Shown piece after piece: positions 58,147-64,000 of a DNA stretch of 64,000 bases. The position numbers and the translations under genes are program-made. Position 1 is the stretch's first letter. Each line of letters opens with the position of its first letter. This stretch comes from Clostridia bacterium. Lineage in GTDB: Bacteria; Bacillota; Clostridia; UMGS1840. The notes beneath the pieces were generated by a model. The model was given only the letters and a program-made list of their open reading frames with translations, had not been told where the DNA came from and made no database searches. The DNA lies in NCBI GenBank assembly GCA_045540295.1, contig JAZQGY010000013.1:3251-67250 (forward strand), given 5' to 3'.

Positions 58147-58749
58147 TTAGTCTACTGTTTTATTGCGTGTTTTTTCCACCACGGGAATAATACCTGCGCA
58201 CACAACAGCAGCAATCAGAATTTCGATGACCGCATTCAATCCACCCCATAAAATCAGCAGGGTTATATAGTCATTTCCCACAGCAGCGTGTCCGTGGAAA
58301 CAAACATAAATCAAAGATAACACCATCAGAGAATGCATCAGACTTGCCACTCCTCCGGCAATTCCTGCAGAAATTGCAGCGTTTAATTTCTTTTTACACA
58401 ACCGGTAACAAAAAACGCCAATCGCGGGGAACAAAATTCTGGGCAACAAACAAATCACAAGACTCCAGAAATTCCCGTTGGGTGCCATCGGCGTAAAGGC
58501 AAATGCAGAGGGACTTCCCAAAAGCGAGGTAGAAAACACCACCAAGGAAAACACCCCCATCACGCCGCCCATTAAAAGACCTTCCCGATAACCTAAAATC
58601 AATGCGGCAACCAGAGGGGGAATATGTGCCAAAGTGGCAACAATACCGGGTCCTAACGGAATCGAGCCCAATGCAGTAAATGCAAAAATTGCTTCAATTG
58701 CAACAAATAATGCTAAAATAACAGATGTATTAATTCTCTCACGTTTCAT
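58147..58749 (-). CDS. ECF transporter S component, PanT-like
   Basis: FTALGSIP, TLAHIP, LLPRIL, EILIA; directly downstream of coaX. Confidence 0.82.
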   Translation of the reverse strand: MKRERINTSVILALFVAIEAIFAFTALGSIPLGPGIVATLAHIPPLVAALILGYREGLLMGGVMGVFSLVVFSTSLLGSPSAFAFTPMAPNGNFWSLVICLLPRILFPAIGVFCYRLCKKKLNAAISAGIAGGVASLMHSLMVLSLIYVCFHGHAAVGNDYITLLILWGGLNAVIEILIAAVVCAGIIPVVEKTRNKTVD

Positions 58750-58763
58750 ATTTTTCCCTCCAA

Positions 58764-59534
58764 TTACGATTTCATATTCATCTGATACACCAGATTCAAT
58801 CCGGTCATCAGAAGATTTTCCTGATAAACAATTTCCTTCTTACAATACGGAATGATTGTTTTGGCATGTCCGCCGGTGGCAATTACCGTGGCAGGCGTTC
58901 CGAGTTCCTCCAGAATCCGGTCAATCATACCGTCAAGCATTGAAGCCCAACCGAACACCATACCTGCCTTCATAGAATCCACAGTATTGGTCCCAATCAC
59001 TTTTTTAGGACTATCTAAATTGATTCCCTGAAGTTGCGCCGTGTTCTGAGACAGCGCATTTAAAGAAATGCCAACTCCGGGAGCAATGGCTCCGCCTCGG
59101 ATATTGCCCTTTTCATCCGTAACGGAAATGGTGGTGGCAGTGCCTAAATCAATCACAATCACTGCAGTTTTATAAAGATGCCGTGCTGCCACATTATCCA
59201 CCACAATGTCGGACCCCAATTGAGAGGGATTATCAATCAGAATGTTGAGTCCTGTTTTAATACCAGGTCCAACAATCAAAGGGTCTTTGCCAATAAGTCT
59301 GGAAACTGCTTTCGCAATCACATTGGTAACAGGAGGTACCACACTGGAAATAATACCGCCTTCAAAAGAGGTTTCACCCATTTGATAAAGCTGTAGGATT
59401 TCGCGAAAGTAGATTGCATACTGATCTTCGGTACGGCACCCTTCGGTTGCCATCCTGGATACAAAACGCACCTCATTTTCGTGGATTGCCCCAATCACAA
59501 TGTTGGAGTTCCCCACATCAATTGCTAAAATCAT
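58764..59534 (-). CDS. coaX: Type III pantothenate kinase
   Basis: AIDVGNSN, SSVVP, LGSD, DLGTAT, GGAIAPG, ATGG. Confidence 0.95.
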   Translation of the reverse strand: MILAIDVGNSNIVIGAIHENEVRFVSRMATEGCRTEDQYAIYFREILQLYQMGETSFEGGIISSVVPPVTNVIAKAVSRLIGKDPLIVGPGIKTGLNILIDNPSQLGSDIVVDNVAARHLYKTAVIVIDLGTATTISVTDEKGNIRGGAIAPGVGISLNALSQNTAQLQGINLDSPKKVIGTNTVDSMKAGMVFGWASMLDGMIDRILEELGTPATVIATGGHAKTIIPYCKKEIVYQENLLMTGLNLVYQMNMKS

Positions 59535-59619
59535 CGCTTTGGTTCCTTTCACTACTGCTCCGATCACTCGGATGCAATGTATATTATTTTATTTTTTTGC
59601 AATTTTTACAAAATCAATA

Positions 59620-60888
59620 TCAAATATCTTTTTTCACACCTAAGGTTCTGCGGAATTTCGCTTTGCGGCGCTGTTTTTTCTTTCGTTCCGCATCCACGAT
59701 AAAATAAATCACAACAGCTGCCAAAAACAGTATCGCAGCCAAAACAATCCAAAAAATAGTTTTCAAAATGTTATAAAAAGTAATCGTCTCTTTAGCGGTC
59801 CCGGTGAGCGGAATTTGAAACAGTTCTTCTCCTTCGGAGGATACTGTCACATACGCCTTGTATTCGGAAGCACGTTTATAGCTGGAATACACATCATATG
59901 TAAAATCAAGGCTATCCGTCCCTACTCCGTTGGGAAGCATTACCGCAACGTCGCCCTCCAATTTGAAGTCTATCTGACCTACGGTACCAAAAGTTCCGGA
60001 AAGCTTTGCCACGGGCGGATTCAACAGCCCGTCATCAATTTTGGTTTTATAAAAGTTGTCATAACAAAAATCTAAAAGTTGTGCAGCATCCTTATATTTT
60101 TGATAGCCGTCTGCACAATGCATTACCACACAAATCAGCTCCAGGCTACCACGTTTTGCTTCCACAACCATGGTATTCTGTGCCGGAGTGGTAAATCCGT
60201 TTTTCCCGAATCTGGCATATTCGTAATAATACTGACCGGGATGAAGCATCAGGTTCTGATTGGAATGTAACCGTTCTTTCCCCTGCTTGTTCGTAGCAGA
60301 CATGGTATACATTTTAGCTCCTGCAATTCGCAGAAAATCAGGATTTTTCATTGCTTCTCTGGTGATTAACGCCATATCGTATGAGGTGGTATAATGATTT
60401 AAATCATGAAGCCCGTGAGGATTCACAAAGTTAGTGTTTTTAGCACCTAACTCCTGTGCCTTTTCATTCATCAGCTTCACAAACGCTTCTTCGCTGCCGG
60501 CAACATTTTCCGCAATGGCAACCGAACAGTCATTGGCAGACGCCAGCATCATACCGTAAAGCGCCTCTTCCAGCGTTAGAACTTCACCCGGCGCCAATGC
60601 GATATGACTGGTTCCCTGCACAGAGGTGACCGCATAATCGCTAACTGTGATGACATCATTTAAATCTCCATGTTCCAACGCTACCAAAGCCGTCATCACC
60701 TTGGTGATGCTGGCAGGATAGTTTTTATCATTCATACCGCGGTTATAGAGTACCTGCCCGGTCTCCGCTTCGATTACCACCGCACACTGAGACATAATCT
60801 CAAAAGTAGGCACCGGATTTGCAGCGGACACTACAGAGCACATTAAGATAAAGCATAGCATTAAACTAAGTAATCGTTTCACGTTCAT
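59620..60888 (-). CDS. D-alanyl-D-alanine carboxypeptidase (S11), C-terminally anchored
   Basis: PASITK, SAND, NPHGL, GKNG (KTG variant), C-terminal TM and basic tail. Confidence 0.92.
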   Translation of the reverse strand: MNVKRLLSLMLCFILMCSVVSAANPVPTFEIMSQCAVVIEAETGQVLYNRGMNDKNYPASITKVMTALVALEHGDLNDVITVSDYAVTSVQGTSHIALAPGEVLTLEEALYGMMLASANDCSVAIAENVAGSEEAFVKLMNEKAQELGAKNTNFVNPHGLHDLNHYTTSYDMALITREAMKNPDFLRIAGAKMYTMSATNKQGKERLHSNQNLMLHPGQYYYEYARFGKNGFTTPAQNTMVVEAKRGSLELICVVMHCADGYQKYKDAAQLLDFCYDNFYKTKIDDGLLNPPVAKLSGTFGTVGQIDFKLEGDVAVMLPNGVGTDSLDFTYDVYSSYKRASEYKAYVTVSSEGEELFQIPLTGTAKETITFYNILKTIFWIVLAAILFLAAVVIYFIVDAERKKKQRRKAKFRRTLGVKKDI

Positions 60889-61139
60889 TCTCCATCTATT
60901 TATTTTTTTACACAATACGTTATTATACAGTATAGCACAATCCCATGCGATTTGCAACAGAAATAACCAAATTTTTCATAAGTTTTTCTTCAAATTCTAT
61001 TTTTTTACAAAAAGGCGATAAAAATAAAAAAATCTAAAAAAAAGACTTTATTTTTCATAAATGATATGATATAATAAACTCAGAATATTACATCCCTTAA
61101 TCAATCGGGATTATGATAGCTGAAAGGTGTGACAACTCC

Positions 61140-62402
61140 TTGGAAAAATACAGAATTAACGGTGGAAAGCCTTTGATGGGCGAAGTGATTATCAGCGGTG
61201 CAAAAAATGTTGCTGTAGCAATGATTCCCGCTGCTCTTCTATCGGATACTCCTTGCATTTTGGAAAATGTTCCTGATATTTCCGATGTTCGCATTATGAT
61301 TAATATCCTAAAGAAGATGAACGTGGAGGTTTATTATAAAGAGCCCGGCGTTTTATATATTGATTCCGCCAAAATGGACACTACCAAGGTTCCGTATGAA
61401 CTGGCAACGAAAATGCGTGCCTCCTATTATTTCTTAGGCGCCTTATTAGGAAAGTACAACCAAGCAGAAGTGGCTCTTCCCGGCGGATGTCATTTAGGAA
61501 ACCGTCCCATTGACCAGCACCTAAAAGGTTTTGAAGCCTTAGGGGTGCAAACAGAAGTCAAAGCCGGTGCTATTGTGGCAAAATCCAACGCTCTGACAGG
61601 TGCTCCGGTATTTTTTGACCAGGTTTCCGTTGGTGCCACCATCAACGTAATGCTTTGCGCCTGTAAAGCAAAAGGAACCACTACGATTGAAAACGTTGCA
61701 AAAGAGCCTCACATCGTAGACGTGGCAAACTTCTTGAACTCCATGGGTGCCAAAATCAAGGGCGCCGGTACCGACACCATTAAAATCGTGGGGGTAAAAG
61801 AATTAAAAGGCTCCACCTACTCTATTATTCCCGATCAGATTGAAGCAGGTACATACATGGCAATGGCTGCTGCCACCAAAGGTGACGTAATCATTAAGAA
61901 TGTGATTCCGCGTCATTTGGAATGTATGACGGCAAAGCTCAACGAAATCGGAATCGGTGTGGAAGAAGGCGATGATTGGGTAAGAGTGTTCTACAAAAAA
62001 CGCCCAAAAAAAACTATGGTAAAAACGCTTCCCTATCCCGGATTTCCCACAGATATGCAGCCTCTGATAGCCACCCTGCTGTGTGTATCGGAAGGCACCA
62101 GCACCGTAACCGAAACCATTTGGGATTCCCGTTTTAAATACACCGAGGAATTAAAGAAAATGGGTGCCGATATTAAAGTCAGCGGAAATATGGCCATGAT
62201 TACCGGCGTGGACGAGCTTTCTCCTGCACCTTTAAAGGCCACCGACCTTCGTGCAGGTGCCGCTATGGTGATTGCAGGTCTGATGGCACGAGGCACGACC
62301 GAAATTTATGATATTTTCCACGTTGAACGTGGCTATGAAAACATTGTTGAAAAAATCAAAGGAATGGGTGGTCTGATTGAAAAAGTTACTATCGAAGACT
62401 AA
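61140..62402 (+). CDS. murA: UDP-GlcNAc 1-carboxyvinyltransferase, second paralogue (MurAB/MurZ-like)
   Basis: SGAKN, MRASYY, GGCHLGNRPIDQH, GFPTDMQ, DLRAG. Confidence 0.95.
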   Translation: MEKYRINGGKPLMGEVIISGAKNVAVAMIPAALLSDTPCILENVPDISDVRIMINILKKMNVEVYYKEPGVLYIDSAKMDTTKVPYELATKMRASYYFLGALLGKYNQAEVALPGGCHLGNRPIDQHLKGFEALGVQTEVKAGAIVAKSNALTGAPVFFDQVSVGATINVMLCACKAKGTTTIENVAKEPHIVDVANFLNSMGAKIKGAGTDTIKIVGVKELKGSTYSIIPDQIEAGTYMAMAAATKGDVIIKNVIPRHLECMTAKLNEIGIGVEEGDDWVRVFYKKRPKKTMVKTLPYPGFPTDMQPLIATLLCVSEGTSTVTETIWDSRFKYTEELKKMGADIKVSGNMAMITGVDELSPAPLKATDLRAGAAMVIAGLMARGTTEIYDIFHVERGYENIVEKIKGMGGLIEKVTIED

Positions 62403-62420
62403 TCCCGAAATCAAAAAAGC

Positions 62421-63215
62421 ATGAATCAGCTGAAGTTTTGTCCGTTATTCTCAGGAAGCAACGGAAATTCCATTTTCATCTCGTATAAAGACACCCGCAT
62501 CCTTGTGGATTGCGGGTGCAGTTTTAAGCGCATCCGGGAAAGTCTGGAAGCCATCGGTGAAGACATCACCACGTTGGATGCCGTTTTTTTAACCCACAGT
62601 CATACCGACCACACCTCAGCGCTTCCCATGATGATGAAGCATCTTGGTGTGAAAGTATGCGGCACCAACGGAACCCTTATCGAGGTGTATCCCAAAATCT
62701 GCGATTACTCCGACCGTATCTTTCAGATTGATCGGCATCAAAGTGTGGGCGTTTTAGATATGCAAATCGAATCATTTCCGGTGCCTCATGATGCCTGCCA
62801 CACGGTAGGATACAATGTATTTGCCGGCAACAAAACTGTCACCATTATGACTGACGTAGGCCACTTGGCAGAAAATTTATATACCGATGTAAAAGGAAAA
62901 GAACTGGTCTTTTTAGAATCCAATCATGATTTAAATGCTTTGGAAAACTGTTCCTATCCTTTTCATTTAAAGCAAAGAATCCGCGGCGATGAAGGTCACT
63001 TATCCAATGAGAATGCCGGCAAATTTGCCACGCATTTGGTAAACGGCGGTACCCAAAAAATTATCCTCGGACATTTAAGCGGCGAAGCTAACACTTCAGA
63101 ATTAGCTTACCAAACGGTAAAGGATGTACTAACGCAGAATCAAATCAAGGTAGAGAGCGATGTAGCACTCTCCGTGTCACATCGGGGTTTGTTAGGCGAG
63201 GTGGCGCTGTTATGA
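62421..63215 (+). CDS. MBL-fold metallo-hydrolase, YycJ/WalJ-like
   Basis: SGSNGN, THSHTDH, HDA, LESNHD, GHLSN; upstream of rlmH. Confidence 0.88.
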   Translation: MNQLKFCPLFSGSNGNSIFISYKDTRILVDCGCSFKRIRESLEAIGEDITTLDAVFLTHSHTDHTSALPMMMKHLGVKVCGTNGTLIEVYPKICDYSDRIFQIDRHQSVGVLDMQIESFPVPHDACHTVGYNVFAGNKTVTIMTDVGHLAENLYTDVKGKELVFLESNHDLNALENCSYPFHLKQRIRGDEGHLSNENAGKFATHLVNGGTQKIILGHLSGEANTSELAYQTVKDVLTQNQIKVESDVALSVSHRGLLGEVALL

Positions 63216-63688
63216 TAAAAACCGCAATCATCACAGTAGGAAAGATAAAAGAAGAAGCAACCCGTCTTCTTATTTCAGAATATGAAAAGAGACTAAAAAA
63301 ATATACCGATTTTACTCACATTGAAGTGCCGGATTTACCCTTAAGCGACCGTCCGGGAGAAAAGGAAATCGAAGGTGTCTTAAAAAAAGAAGGCGCACAG
63401 ATTTTAAAAAATATTCCGAAAAACATGGTGCCCGTTGCAATGGCAATCAACGGAAAACAATATTCCTCTGAAGAATTTGCAACACTAATTGAACAAAAGG
63501 CAACACAAGGCGGAATGTGCTTTATCATCGGAAGCTCTCATGGACTTCATCCCGACGTGATAAATGCATGCCAAATGAAGATTTCCATGTCGAAAATGAC
63601 ATTTCCCCACAACCTTGCCCGTCTGTTTTTAACCGAACAGATTTACCGTGGCTTTAAAATTTTAAATAACGAAAGCTACCACAAATAA
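63212..63688 (+). CDS. rlmH: 23S rRNA m3Psi1915 methyltransferase
   Basis: VGKIKE, FIIGSSHG, MTFPH, EQIYR, YHK. Confidence 0.97.
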   Translation: MIKTAIITVGKIKEEATRLLISEYEKRLKKYTDFTHIEVPDLPLSDRPGEKEIEGVLKKEGAQILKNIPKNMVPVAMAINGKQYSSEEFATLIEQKATQGGMCFIIGSSHGLHPDVINACQMKISMSKMTFPHNLARLFLTEQIYRGFKILNNESYHK

Positions 63689-63695
63689 AGCATAC

Positions 63696-63725
63696 AAAAA
63701 AGACCGTTTAAAAAACGGTCTTTTT
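63696..63725. terminator. Bidirectional terminator
   Basis: AAAAAGACCGTTT...AAACGGTCTTTTT. Confidence 0.85.
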
Positions 63726-63740
63726 CTTTTTGCTTTTCAA

Positions 63741-63929
63741 TTAGATAGCTCTGATAACTCTACCGGATTTTAAGCATTTGGAGCAAACGGTAATTCTTTT
63801 CGGAGCACCGTCAACAATTGCTCTTACTTTTTTGATGTTGGGTTTCCAGGTTCTGTTGGATCTTCTGTGAGAGTGAGAAACCTGAATACCAAAAGTGGTA
63901 GCTTTGTTGCAAATTTCACATTTTGCCAT
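63741..63929 (-). CDS. rpmB: 50S ribosomal protein L28 (Zn-binding C+ form)
   Basis: MAKCEIC, VSHSHRRSNRTWKPN, CSKC. Confidence 0.97.
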   Translation of the reverse strand: MAKCEICNKATTFGIQVSHSHRRSNRTWKPNIKKVRAIVDGAPKRITVCSKCLKSGRVIRAI

Positions 63930-64000
63930 GGTCGATTGCACCTCCAAACAAATTAGATATAATATATATATCAGCCATTTTTTACACGATTTTAAAATGA

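Noticed and set aside
43709-62402. Fosfomycin-resistant MurA explaining the two paralogues
   Set aside because: Both keep the active-site Cys (GGC), and two murA genes are normal in Bacillota
248-63528. The many 60-190 aa ORFs antisense or out of frame within recognised genes
   Set aside because: Shadow ORFs of well-supported genes, without RBS or recognisable motifs

Overview
A 64-kb chromosomal window, mostly housekeeping genes, from a low-GC, sporulation-capable clostridial (Bacillota) bacterium that is probably gut-associated. It holds nifS-nifU, radA with an ECF sigma/anti-sigma pair, RNase P RNA, tRNA-Ile(CAU) and tRNA-Val(UAC), a TolC-MFP-RND efflux operon, the dcw cluster (mraZ to ftsZ, without murD or ftsA), hflX, spoIIM, coaX, a second murA, rlmH and rpmB. 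I see no integrase, transposase, phage gene or CRISPR-cas. The least explained signals are mostly non-coding. (1) A 120-bp-period tandem array bounded by 24-bp inverted repeats (19830-20168). Its internal CGAA-[7-bp stem]-GAGC hairpin recurs with compensatory changes at 54273-54307, and both elements sit just after a stop codon. (2) A 196-bp structured insertion behind tRNA-Ile that duplicates the tRNA 3' end plus terminator and carries an inverted copy of the T-arm. (3) Two small Cys-rich membrane peptides missed by the ORF track (8799-9121). (4) An effector-less STAND/NLR-like ATPase-TPR protein. Also notable are a probable bile-acid 12alpha-HSDH and an LDH-like enzyme with the malate dehydrogenase Arg. 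All family calls come from motif recognition by eye; no searches were run.
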